From Christensenella sp. UBA7703 (lineage in GTDB: Bacteria > Bacillota > Clostridia > Christensenellales > CAG-138): a stretch of 64,000 nt of DNA. The translations under genes were made by a program, and so were the position numbers. The notes under the pieces were generated by a model, which worked only from the letters and a program-made list of their open reading frames with translations, was not told the DNA's origin and ran no database searches. Below, piece after piece: positions 19,356-28,055 of the stretch (position 1 is its first letter; every line of letters begins with the position of its first letter). The stretch spans positions 67,258-131,257 of the forward strand of contig DLGD01000007.1 of NCBI GenBank assembly GCA_002482505.1, in the 5' to 3' direction.

Positions 19356-20651
19356 TTACGACTCCTGCTTCGGCGGGGTTGTCCCTTCCGGTCGTGGTCG
19401 GTTCGCGCCCCCGCGTCTGCGCCGGTTATTGTTGCTACGCTGCGCTTCCGGTGTAGCGCCCTGGCGAGGTTGCTGCCCCGGTTGCTGGCTTGGTTGTTGT
19501 GGTTGCTGTTGCGGGCGCGGCTGATTCTGCCGTGGCTGCTGTCCATCCGGTCTGCGTTGCTGTTGCTGCTGTTGGCCCTGTGGACGCGGCTGATTTTGCT
19601 GTTGTTGCACGGGTTGCGGTGCGCCTTCCTGCACGGGTGCTGCCCCGTTCGGTCTGGGCGCGCCCTTGCCCCTGCCTCCGCGTCTGCGGCGCTTATGGTC
19701 GGGGTTACGCTCCTGGGCGTTCGCGCCGTCCTCGGCGGGTTTGAGTGCCGCCTGCGGTGTGCGCTCCTGCCGCGGTTGCGCTGGCACGGGCTGTGCGCTC
19801 TGCGCAATTTGCGCTTCCTGCTGCGGTTGCTGCGGCAGCGGTTCGCCGGGCTTTGCAAGCAATGTATAGTGAAATTCTCTCAAATCGATGCTCCCGTCCG
19901 GCATAGTCAGGCGCACCTTTGTCTTCTCGGTGATTACGTTGTTATCCACCACGGTGCCGATGCCGTCAGGCGTGAGGATTTCGCGGTTGACGTGCGGCAT
20001 GCGCCGCTTCATCTCTTCATATCCACTCTGCTCATATTGCAGGCAGCACATGAGCCTGCCGCAAAGCCCGCTGATCTTCGTCGGGCTGAGGGAGAGATTT
20101 TGCTCTTTCGCCATCTTGATTGATACGGGATGGAAATCGTCTAAGAACTGTTTGCAGCAGACCACTCTGCCGCAGGAACCAAGCCCGCCAAGCATCTTTG
20201 CTTCGTCGCGCACGCCGATTTGCCTCAGTTCAATGCGCGTGCGGAACTGCGATGCGAGGTCCTTAACCAGTTCGCGGAAATCGACCCGCTCGTCTGCGGT
20301 AAAATAGAAGACAAGCTTGCTGCCGTTAAACGAATACTCCGCACTGACTAAATGCATGTCCAGCTTGTGTTGTTCAATCTTCTGTTGGCAAACGCGGAAT
20401 GCGTCGCCTTCTTTCGCGCAGTTTTGTTCGCGCATCGTTGTGTCCGCGTCGCTGGCGGGGCGAATAACAGGCTTGAGCGGGGAAACGATTGCGGTCTCCT
20501 CCACGTCCATGGCAACCTGCGCCACCTCGCCGTATTCCTGTCCGCGCGCTGTTTCAACGATTACGCCGTCGTCTTCGTGAAACTCAAATTCCAACGGATC
20601 GAAATAATAGATGCGTCCGCTCGATTTGAATCGTACGCCAATCACTTTCAT
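19356..20651 (-). CDS. ricT: PSP1-domain protein RicT/YaaT with long PQ-rich C-terminal extension
   Basis: The N-terminal ~290 aa match YaaT (MKVIGVRFKSSGRIYYFDP...CGRLMCCLQYE). The C-terminal ~140 aa are low-complexity P/Q/R. Synteny with holB supports the call. Confidence 0.8.
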   Translation of the reverse strand: MKVIGVRFKSSGRIYYFDPLEFEFHEDDGVIVETARGQEYGEVAQVAMDVEETAIVSPLKPVIRPASDADTTMREQNCAKEGDAFRVCQQKIEQHKLDMHLVSAEYSFNGSKLVFYFTADERVDFRELVKDLASQFRTRIELRQIGVRDEAKMLGGLGSCGRVVCCKQFLDDFHPVSIKMAKEQNLSLSPTKISGLCGRLMCCLQYEQSGYEEMKRRMPHVNREILTPDGIGTVVDNNVITEKTKVRLTMPDGSIDLREFHYTLLAKPGEPLPQQPQQEAQIAQSAQPVPAQPRQERTPQAALKPAEDGANAQERNPDHKRRRRGGRGKGAPRPNGAAPVQEGAPQPVQQQQNQPRPQGQQQQQQRRPDGQQPRQNQPRPQQQPQQPSQQPGQQPRQGATPEAQRSNNNRRRRGGANRPRPEGTTPPKQES

Positions 20652-20720
20652 GTGTTCAAACTCCTTACTATATCCGCGTGCGAAAATGCGCGCAGATCAG
20701 GTGTATCTCTTTGTGTTTCT

Positions 20721-21695
20721 TTATCCGTTCTCTGTAAATAACTTCGCAAGCGCACTGTCCAATGTCAAATAAACGTTCGCGCCTGCCGTCAGTTTTTGCT
20801 GAGAACTGCTTAACATTTCTATGATACCTTGTATCCGCGCTGTTGTAAAGTGCGATGCAATGTTGTGAATCAGTATTGTCTGGTCGCTGTTACGCGGTGA
20901 AAGCACCCTCAGCTTTTCATTGAGCGCATCCTGAAACACGCTGATGAATATGGTAAGCAGCGACAGCGCAAGCTGTACGTCACCTTTCTTGCGTTTCTTG
21001 CCGCCTTTTGCCTTGGGTTCATCGTCAATACCATCGTCCGGCTCCGGCTCTGCGCTGAGGATCGTAATCAAGTCCGCCGCATCTGAGAAAGGCGCATATT
21101 CAAAGATCGCGCGTTCCAGAATCCGAATCGCTTCGGCTCGAAATGTCCGTGCTTCTTCCGTTGCATAGGCACGCGCACGGCTGAGGATTCCGTCCGAAAG
21201 CGTGGCATAAAAGTTCGCTTCCTGCGCAAGCATTCCGTCCGTCACGAGCGCCTGCGCGGTCTCCTCGATGCTTCCCGCGCCGAGCCGCTCAATCACGCAG
21301 CGGGAGCGAATGGTCGGCAAAAGCCCAAATTCGTTTCCGGTTAAGATCAGCATCGTCTCACTGTGCGGTTCTTCTAGCGTTTTCAGCAGCGTGTTTTGAA
21401 TCTGCGTGCTCATACGTTGCGCGTTGACAAAAACAAATGCACGCTGCCCGCCGTTGAATCCCTGCATGGCAGCGGACGACAGCAGCGTCCGGATATCATC
21501 CACCTTGACCGCGTTTTCGCCGATTTCATAATAGTTCGGGCAGTTGATCAGCCGCTTTGGCGCATCCTCCCCGAGGCAAAAGAGAGCGGCGCATCTGCGT
21601 GCAAGCTCCCGCCTACCGCTGCCTTCCGGCCCGGAGATCAGGATTGCGTGCGATGCGCGGTCTTGTTGTATTGCTTCCAGTAGTCGGTTTGGCAT
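20721..21695 (-). CDS. holB: DNA polymerase III subunit delta'
   Basis: HAILISGPEGSGRRELA P-loop-like motif, LLKTLEEP and the SRC motif (TIRSRC). Confidence 0.85.
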   Translation of the reverse strand: MPNRLLEAIQQDRASHAILISGPEGSGRRELARRCAALFCLGEDAPKRLINCPNYYEIGENAVKVDDIRTLLSSAAMQGFNGGQRAFVFVNAQRMSTQIQNTLLKTLEEPHSETMLILTGNEFGLLPTIRSRCVIERLGAGSIEETAQALVTDGMLAQEANFYATLSDGILSRARAYATEEARTFRAEAIRILERAIFEYAPFSDAADLITILSAEPEPDDGIDDEPKAKGGKKRKKGDVQLALSLLTIFISVFQDALNEKLRVLSPRNSDQTILIHNIASHFTTARIQGIIEMLSSSQQKLTAGANVYLTLDSALAKLFTENG

Positions 21696-21754
21696 GTTTC
21701 TCCTTGGTTATGATTATCCGTAAGATTCATAATAGTTTGTTGAAATATCTTGGT

Positions 21755-23167
21755 TCATTGGCAAACGACAAATACCTTGCCGTCGCGCACGCCAAACAGC
21801 GTACCGCCGCCGCGTTCCTGCGTGGTAAGGTAGTCAATCGCTCGTTGGTCGATCACCTCGCCGGGCATGACGAGCGCAATCCCCGGAGGATAGATGCCAA
21901 TCGGTTCTGCGGCAACGAACCCTTTCGCTTCATCGAGCGGTAATGCCTGCATGCGGGAGAACGTCGCTTCGCGAATCCCCATACGCTGCTCGTTGGCGGA
22001 AAATCGAATCTCCTCTCCTGCCGTCTTTGCGTTACGCGGCACGCGTTTTGGCAGAGAAGAAAGCGCATCCAGAAGTTGATCGTACCAGTTTTTTTCGTCG
22101 TTTGGCGAGGTGATCAAAACCAGCCGCCGCGCATCCGCCATCTCCAGATAGATATGGTTCTCTTCCAGTATCGTCTGGGCTTCATAACCGGTGTATCCGC
22201 GCTCGGTGACGTCGATCACAATCCGCGTTCGATCCCGCTCAAAAACACCGATGCCGACAGGTTCATGAAATATGCTTAAGCCGTCGATCGCTTCAATCTT
22301 CTCTTCCAACGCGATGCAGCGCGCAACCTGTCCTGTCCAGTCCCGCCGCTTCGCCATATAGACCGACCAATCCAGCGATGCCATCAAAAGGTAGGACGGG
22401 CTCGTTGTTTCCGTCATCGCAAGTGCTTTTCGCAGTTGTTCCGGCGTGATGCGGCATTCGCCGAGGTGCAAACTCGCCGCTTGGGTCAGCGCATCCATCG
22501 TTTTGTGTTGGGAGTGTACATAAACATCGGCATACCCGCCGAGTGCGCGTGGTAACACATCCGAAAACGGAAAATGCGCCCCGTGCGCGCTGTCGACGAG
22601 CAGGAGCGCGCCGTTCTTATGTGCAGCTTTTGCGAGGCCCTCAATATCCGCACAAAACCCATACATGTTCGGAGAAGTGATCAGTGCTGCGGTCGCGCCG
22701 GTCTCCTGTAGTGCCCGATCCAGATCATCCGGGGTCACCATGCCAAGCAAACCGCGCGTCTCGTCATACCGTGGAGAGATGTAGTCCGTATGAATCCCGC
22801 GTAGAGCCGCACCGTTCACAGCGGATCGGTGACAATCCCGTGCCAATAGCAGCTTGTCGGTTTCATCCAGCGCCAGAATCATCGCCTGAAGGGCGTTCGT
22901 TCCGCCATTGACCACAAAAAAAGAAGCCTTCGCGCTGTAAGCCCGTGCCATGCTCTCCTCTGCTGCGGCAATCGCCCCGCTTGGCGCATGCAGGTTGTCG
23001 GTGTTGCTCAGTTCCGTCACATCCCAAAGCTGCAACTCGTCCCGCCAAAACCCCGAAAGCCCACGTCCTTTGTGCCCGGGCATGTGAAAGCGCGCAGGGT
23101 TTTCGCGTTCATACGCGCCCAGCGATTCCTGTAATGTTTGGGTTATTGCGAGTTTTTGCTTGTCCAT
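21755..23167 (-). CDS. Orn/Lys/Arg decarboxylase family PLP enzyme (YaaO-like)
   Basis: 470 aa with the SQHKT PLP-lysine motif. Position upstream of holB matches the Bacillus yaaO locus. Confidence 0.8.
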   Translation of the reverse strand: MDKQKLAITQTLQESLGAYERENPARFHMPGHKGRGLSGFWRDELQLWDVTELSNTDNLHAPSGAIAAAEESMARAYSAKASFFVVNGGTNALQAMILALDETDKLLLARDCHRSAVNGAALRGIHTDYISPRYDETRGLLGMVTPDDLDRALQETGATAALITSPNMYGFCADIEGLAKAAHKNGALLLVDSAHGAHFPFSDVLPRALGGYADVYVHSQHKTMDALTQAASLHLGECRITPEQLRKALAMTETTSPSYLLMASLDWSVYMAKRRDWTGQVARCIALEEKIEAIDGLSIFHEPVGIGVFERDRTRIVIDVTERGYTGYEAQTILEENHIYLEMADARRLVLITSPNDEKNWYDQLLDALSSLPKRVPRNAKTAGEEIRFSANEQRMGIREATFSRMQALPLDEAKGFVAAEPIGIYPPGIALVMPGEVIDQRAIDYLTTQERGGGTLFGVRDGKVFVVCQ

Positions 23168-23175
23168 CGGTTGAT

Positions 23176-23826
23176 CTATCGTTCTTTCTGTGCGGCATTG
23201 CTGCCGCTTTGGCCGTTGATATCACTTTTTAAATCTTTTAACTTCAACATTTGCTGCATCAATCTCTCAAGAAACGCATCACTCGCGCTGATGCGATATG
23301 CCATCTCTGTTCCACCCAAAGTTGCGCAAATCCAAATTGTGTTCTTGCTTGGCAGTACCGATGCATCCACTTTTTTGCCATGCACGTTATCACGTTCTGT
23401 CTGCTTGACGATTCCGTGAATCTCGCTTATCATCATCACCGCAATCGTCTTTTCCCTGCTGCCTCCAATTTGCTCAATAGCGAACTGTTCATCCGTTAGC
23501 GTATATCGAAAGCATAGAAAATGCCACCGATAGAGAAATGCCCCGGATATCGCGATCACGGCGTAAAGGATCGGTTGCGTCACATGCCTTGGTATCTGCC
23601 GGTTCGCATAAAGCAGGTTCCCAATCGAAATACACCCAATCATCAACACGATCAAGGCGAGATATACCGCTCCGACGGAGCGTACAATCCTCCGTTTCGG
23701 CACAGCGGTTTCGATGGCAAGAAGGTTGACTACGGCGTTCTCATCCATGTGAATATTATAGTAAGTGAACTTCAAAACGTCAATCAAAGACGAGCATTTC
23801 GAAGATAACGCACGATTTCGCTGCAT
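23176..23826 (-). CDS. hypothetical membrane protein
   Basis: 216-aa ORF with two TM helices followed by a soluble domain. The start is uncertain (M1 or M27) and there is no clear RBS. Confidence 0.45.
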   Translation of the reverse strand: MQRNRALSSKCSSLIDVLKFTYYNIHMDENAVVNLLAIETAVPKRRIVRSVGAVYLALIVLMIGCISIGNLLYANRQIPRHVTQPILYAVIAISGAFLYRWHFLCFRYTLTDEQFAIEQIGGSREKTIAVMMISEIHGIVKQTERDNVHGKKVDASVLPSKNTIWICATLGGTEMAYRISASDAFLERLMQQMLKLKDLKSDINGQSGSNAAQKER

Positions 23827-23864
23827 ATTTTATTATAATCACCGCTCATCGCCTGCCGTGTTGA

Positions 23865-23893
23865 TTGCAAACGACCTCAAATTCGTGTAGAAT
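23865..23893 (+). promoter_or_regulatory. sigma-A promoter driving the tRNA locus
   Basis: -35 TTGCAA (23865-70), 17-nt spacer, -10 TAGAAT (23888-93), about 14 nt before the tRNA-like 5' half. Confidence 0.55.
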
Positions 23894-23906
23894 CTCCGAG
23901 TAACGT

Positions 23907-23928
23907 TCCTCCTTAGCTCAGTTGGTAG
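23907..23928 (+). pseudogene. degenerate tRNA fragment (5' acceptor + D-arm copy of tRNA-Asn)
   Basis: tcctccttagctcagtTggtag matches 21 of the first 22 nt of the tRNA-Asn 124 nt downstream. Downstream sequence shows only scattered similarity, with no anticodon loop or T-arm. Confidence 0.6.
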
Positions 23929-24030
23929 GACAATGTAAGGGTTACATACTGACGTCGGCAATGGGGAACCAAATTTTCGGGATTCTGAAATGTATGTTTT
24001 AAACCCGAAAATGCATAAAATTCATACCGA

Positions 24031-24106
24031 TCCTCCTTAGCTCAGTCGGTAGAGCATGCGGCTGTTAACCGCAGTGTCGCTGGTTCGAGTCCAGCAGGGG
24101 GAGCCA
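24031..24106 (+). tRNA. tRNA-Asn (anticodon GTT)
   Basis: Cloverleaf folded by hand: acceptor tcctcct/aggggga, D-arm gctc..gagc, anticodon stem tgcgg/ccgca with loop cTGTTAa, T-arm gctgg-ttcgagt-ccagc, and an encoded CCA. Confidence 0.9.
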
Positions 24107-24110
24107 GCTA

Positions 24111-24149
24111 AGTACTCACGAAATGATACAATTCGTGGGTACTTTTTTT
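24111..24149 (+). terminator. rho-independent terminator after tRNA-Asn
   Basis: 12-bp stem agtactcacgaa/ttcgtgggtact followed by T7. Confidence 0.85.
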
Positions 24150-24153
24150 ATGC

Positions 24154-24180
24154 AAAAAGCCCAGACTATCCGGGCTTTTT
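24154..24180. terminator. second, bidirectional hairpin at the island boundary
   Basis: aaaaagccc-N9-gggcttttt. It could terminate the minus-strand helicase gene or back up the tRNA terminator. Confidence 0.5.
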
Positions 24181-24338
24181 CAGTGTTTGATATTTTGATA
24201 GTTCTTGCAAGAACAAGCCGATATTACCTCGCGTCATAAAAGGCAATAGAATTGCACCCATCCCTTAAGAAACGCGCAGGAGTACGGGGAAACGCACGAG
24301 AGTACAATTTATAAGAGATTTCACTCGAATAATACTGA

Positions 24339-27300
24339 TTATTCAGAGACGACAACACGAAACATACCTTGAGTTGTCGTTTTAATGAAAAGTTCCGTCG
24401 TCCCAAGCAACTTTAATATATCAGAACTAATTGAAGATATTGAGCAACCTGGCTGAACAATTACTACTTCGAATTGAATTTTAGACGAACGAGATTTTTC
24501 TTTAAAGTATGAAAGTTCTTTAATTGTACCCTTCAGAAATCTAGAAGCCCCTTCCTTCTCCCAAATTTCATTACGATGTTTTAGATCACGATAAAGGTGA
24601 GGAAGGCCAAGATGCTTTATTGTGATACTTTTTTGCGCCTGTCCGCATAACGTGTAGAAATTTCTAATGTCGCTAGAGATTTTCCCATTAATTGCTCCCT
24701 TGCAATGTACAAGACATAATTTTATAGTCTGCCCATCTTCTTCCTTTAGACAAACCAAATCTCCTGCTTCCCCGCAACCATCATCATTAAATACGACATC
24801 ATACTCATCTGCGACTTTTTGAAAGCACATATATTGGATTGTATTAGTGTCATGGCTCTTACCTAGTGATTCTCTGTTTAGACTGATTATAGAAAAGTCC
24901 CAGACTTCAATTTGATCTTTGGGTAGCTCCCCTGCATTTATATTTGTCGGAATATGGTAGCAATTATAAGAATAGGTTCCATCAGCATATCTTATTATCG
25001 GGGGATCTATAACAAAATACTCATCTAGTGAAATTTTTACTCCGTTCGCTTTAACAAAGCTAACATCGGGTCCCGAAAGTTTCTTGTAAAGAAATCCTTG
25101 CTGTGATATCTCACTGATTACGAAGCGAACTAATGAAGAAATCTCTTCACACGAGATAGAAATATCAACATCACCATTTTTCTCAACGTTTGATATAGCT
25201 AAATCTGTCAAATAAAGCGGTACTTCAAGCGAGCCAAACAAAATACATAACCGATCGCTAATAGATGATTGAACCTGTTCCCCCCACTGTATTCCAATTG
25301 GATATGAATTGTGTGGAGTTTTTAAACGAACAGGTCTGAGAAAACCTCGTGTTATATTCTTTTCTTCCGATTCATCATCACTGGTAACTTTCTTCCATGT
25401 GTGATTAGTCCATTCAATCCATTGAGATATTGTTCCCGCTGATTGTTGCCAGATTTTTCCGCGTTTTTGTGTTGCTCCCCAAAGCACACGTTCTCCATCC
25501 TCATATCCTACACAAGCAATATTATTAAGCGTAGATTCAGCTTTTTCTATTAATGCTAATCCATCTGTAACATTCGGTCCAAAGTAAGATGTAAAACTAA
25601 TAGCGCCAATTTTGGATGATCCGAGATTTTTTACTAGTGGAAGTTCAACATTATTCAAAATCTTGAATACTACAGCTCCTTGAAGAAGTAATGTGTTTTC
25701 GTCAGTTACTAATTTTGCTAAAGTTTCACTTTTAATTCCATCATAGTCGCTTGAATACAAAAACAGGACTTTATTATCTTCATCCCATCTTAAAATTAGC
25801 AAGTCATATTGAAGGTCAAGTAAATCTTGATAATTCCCCCAATGAACTGGGATCTTTCTATAAATAACTGCAACTAAAAGTCTGCGATCATTGCTCAAAG
25901 AGTACCAACTTTTTGAATCACGAGGTAGCAATTCTTTATATTGTTCTGGGGTCCAATCAGTGCAAAACGTTTTAAATATTTGTGTTGATAATGATGGGCG
26001 CAAGTTCCATAAAGATATCTGAGTGTGAAGATCCCCACTATCTCTAAGGTCATACACGATTTTTTGAAGGCTCAACTCTTGATTAATTCTCTCATTACTC
26101 AACCTACTAATTATTGCATCCCAGTCTGCATCTTCTGCATAAAGCTCTTCAAGCTTTTTCTCAGTATCCGGATCGGCTATGTTTACAACAACTGTGGCGG
26201 CACCAATCTGATTTGAAAAACTCTCTCTAGTAAAACGACCTATAAACTGCAATGTAATAGCAAGCGACTTATGAGTATCATGTAATGCGGCAATTTTCAA
26301 ATTTGGTAGGTCAAACCCTTCACCTAGCATATCGACACAAACAATAATATTTGAAATCCTTTTCACCCGATTTGATATTCGTTCGAGAGCCGCTTCATTC
26401 TCTCGCTTTCGATTTTGTCCCGAGTACACCAACTGTGGAATCATTTCTGGTGCTAAATCTTCATAAATTTTAAACACTTTAATTGCACGTTCTTTGCTTT
26501 CACATCGCGCCATAAGAACATGATCAAGATGTAGTTCATTACGATCACGGCGCAAAGCCTTAATTGCTTCTTGCGCTATTTGTCTGTCACGTTTTTCTAA
26601 ATCGCCATACTCCTCTACTGTCTTTAATTTTATCGCAGAATAGTAACCGTCTTTCTGTGCTTCACCCAAAAAGTAATTGTAGATGATTTTCCCTTCTATA
26701 CGTTTGTTATCACGTCGAAATGGAGTAGCCGTAAATTGTATGATTCTTTTATTCAAAAACATCTTTTGAAGGTTCGACCATTGTGTTGCCGGAATGTGAT
26801 GTGCTTCATCAACAATTAGGTCCGTGCATTGATCAATCAAATATTTTAATCCTTCGGGGTCTGATGAATTCAATGTGTTTGGAATCGTGACAATAATATT
26901 TGTCTTAGAAGCTATAGCTCTTGCTTCTTCTACCGATCGAATACCACTTGAAAGTTTGAGCACATTGGGACATATTGTTTCTTTAGGAATAACATTAATT
27001 TTCGATAAAACTCCAAGAACAATGAATTTTCTAAACATTTGAGTTCTTAATGCATCTGATGGGACAACTACGAGTGTAAGAGGAAGCCTTTTATATACCT
27101 GTAGCGAGAGCATCGTTTCCGTTTTTCCTGTGCCTGTTGGCAATATTACTGTAGCTGGTTCGAAATTCTGGCCAACAGCAAAATGCGCAGAAAGTGCATG
27201 CAATGCTCCTAATTGTGGAGCGCGAAGACCATTCTGTCCAGATTCAACATCTTCTTCTCGAAAAGAAAACTTTCCTTTCCAATTTTCTAATACTTTGGAT

Positions 27301-27644
27301 GGTTTCGCTAATTCGTTAGTAAGCAAAGAACAGTCTTCCCATTCTAATGAAGTGTTGCGATCAAGATCTGATATCTTCTCCAACTTTGGAGCTTTTAGTA
27401 CTAATCCTAATGACTTTGAAAGTCTTGTTCTATTCCTATTTAGCAGTATTTCATTAAATGGGTAAGCTAAATCAGTCTTGATCATATAAACACCACGATT
27501 ATCCGTCGCAATTATCTCTGCATTTGTAATCGCTCCTCGAAACGCTTGTTGACTTACTCTATGCTGTGCGATTTTTTCGTTTCTGAATGGACTCTCTGGA
27601 ATCGTTATCAAACCAAACCAAATTGGAAATAGCCTAATCTCCAT
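24339..27644 (-). CDS. SF2 (DEAH) helicase fused to C-terminal PD-(D/E)xK/Mrr-like nuclease module; Hna-like architecture
   Basis: 1101 aa. Motif I LPTGTGKT, Ia VVVPSDAL, II LIVDEAHH, III FTATP, V DMLGEGFD, VI QFIGRFTR. The C-terminal GEAGDLVCL...KLCLVHCKG is a D...(x)K nuclease-like core. RBS gaggt precedes the ATG. Confidence 0.8.
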   Translation of the reverse strand: MEIRLFPIWFGLITIPESPFRNEKIAQHRVSQQAFRGAITNAEIIATDNRGVYMIKTDLAYPFNEILLNRNRTRLSKSLGLVLKAPKLEKISDLDRNTSLEWEDCSLLTNELAKPSKVLENWKGKFSFREEDVESGQNGLRAPQLGALHALSAHFAVGQNFEPATVILPTGTGKTETMLSLQVYKRLPLTLVVVPSDALRTQMFRKFIVLGVLSKINVIPKETICPNVLKLSSGIRSVEEARAIASKTNIIVTIPNTLNSSDPEGLKYLIDQCTDLIVDEAHHIPATQWSNLQKMFLNKRIIQFTATPFRRDNKRIEGKIIYNYFLGEAQKDGYYSAIKLKTVEEYGDLEKRDRQIAQEAIKALRRDRNELHLDHVLMARCESKERAIKVFKIYEDLAPEMIPQLVYSGQNRKRENEAALERISNRVKRISNIIVCVDMLGEGFDLPNLKIAALHDTHKSLAITLQFIGRFTRESFSNQIGAATVVVNIADPDTEKKLEELYAEDADWDAIISRLSNERINQELSLQKIVYDLRDSGDLHTQISLWNLRPSLSTQIFKTFCTDWTPEQYKELLPRDSKSWYSLSNDRRLLVAVIYRKIPVHWGNYQDLLDLQYDLLILRWDEDNKVLFLYSSDYDGIKSETLAKLVTDENTLLLQGAVVFKILNNVELPLVKNLGSSKIGAISFTSYFGPNVTDGLALIEKAESTLNNIACVGYEDGERVLWGATQKRGKIWQQSAGTISQWIEWTNHTWKKVTSDDESEEKNITRGFLRPVRLKTPHNSYPIGIQWGEQVQSSISDRLCILFGSLEVPLYLTDLAISNVEKNGDVDISISCEEISSLVRFVISEISQQGFLYKKLSGPDVSFVKANGVKISLDEYFVIDPPIIRYADGTYSYNCYHIPTNINAGELPKDQIEVWDFSIISLNRESLGKSHDTNTIQYMCFQKVADEYDVVFNDDGCGEAGDLVCLKEEDGQTIKLCLVHCKGAINGKISSDIRNFYTLCGQAQKSITIKHLGLPHLYRDLKHRNEIWEKEGASRFLKGTIKELSYFKEKSRSSKIQFEVVIVQPGCSISSISSDILKLLGTTELFIKTTTQGMFRVVVSE

Positions 27645-27957
27645 TTTTAAACCTCACTTCTTATCAGTTGAAGATTCATAATAATGCTTGAGTAATTCCA
27701 ATTTCACAGATGATCTTAGGCGGGAAAACTATTACTTGGTTTGTGATAAAATACAGTTGTTTCAATTATATAACTACTAAATCGCATTTGCCATACAAAT
27801 GTATTTCTTCACGAGTTTAATTGCTTGAATAGTTCTGCAACCGAATTAAAAGCTTACAAAAAGATATGCTACCAACGAGCAGTTGTGAGAGTGCTTGAAC
27901 CGCTTACATAAAATGAGTGTAAATTCACATTAGCTAACCTTTTATTTCAGAAAAAAA

Positions 27958-27985
27958 TTGCTTGCTATGGCAGTAATGGTATAAT
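27958..27985 (+). promoter_or_regulatory. sigma-A promoter with extended -10 upstream of the 218-aa gene / mod operon
   Basis: -35 TTGCTT (27958-63), 16-nt spacer, TGgTATAAT (27977-85). Confidence 0.5.
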
Positions 27986-28055
27986 AAACAAGTGTACAAA
28001 TATAACGCTTGATTTCTGTTTTAATCCGACTTGCCACTGAAAAAGGGAACAGATT

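Noticed and set aside
19310-20123. Several ORFs (19310-19858 minus; 19470-20123, 19490-19744 and 19666-19869 plus) across the repeat-rich region.
   Set aside because: These are alternative frames of the RicT PQ-rich tail. Their low-complexity Arg/Cys/Leu strings are an artefact of the CTG/TTG repeat DNA.
23907-23990. The first tRNA-like sequence, considered as a functional tRNA.
   Set aside because: Only the acceptor 5' strand and D-arm are present. The would-be anticodon region folds as a 6-bp stem with a 3-nt loop, and no T-arm or 3' acceptor strand can be formed.
24201-24214. Perfect 14-bp palindrome gttcttgcaagaac at the left edge of the island, a possible recombinase site. Also a shared cagtgttt 8-mer at 24181 and 35989.
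   Set aside because: Symmetry does not extend convincingly beyond 14 bp. The 8-mer match is within chance for 64 kb. I cannot support an att assignment without the partner site.
24224-24406. 60-aa ORF at the 3' flank of the helicase-nuclease gene.
   Set aside because: It overlaps the helicase stop region, has no RBS, and has low-complexity AT-rich codon content.
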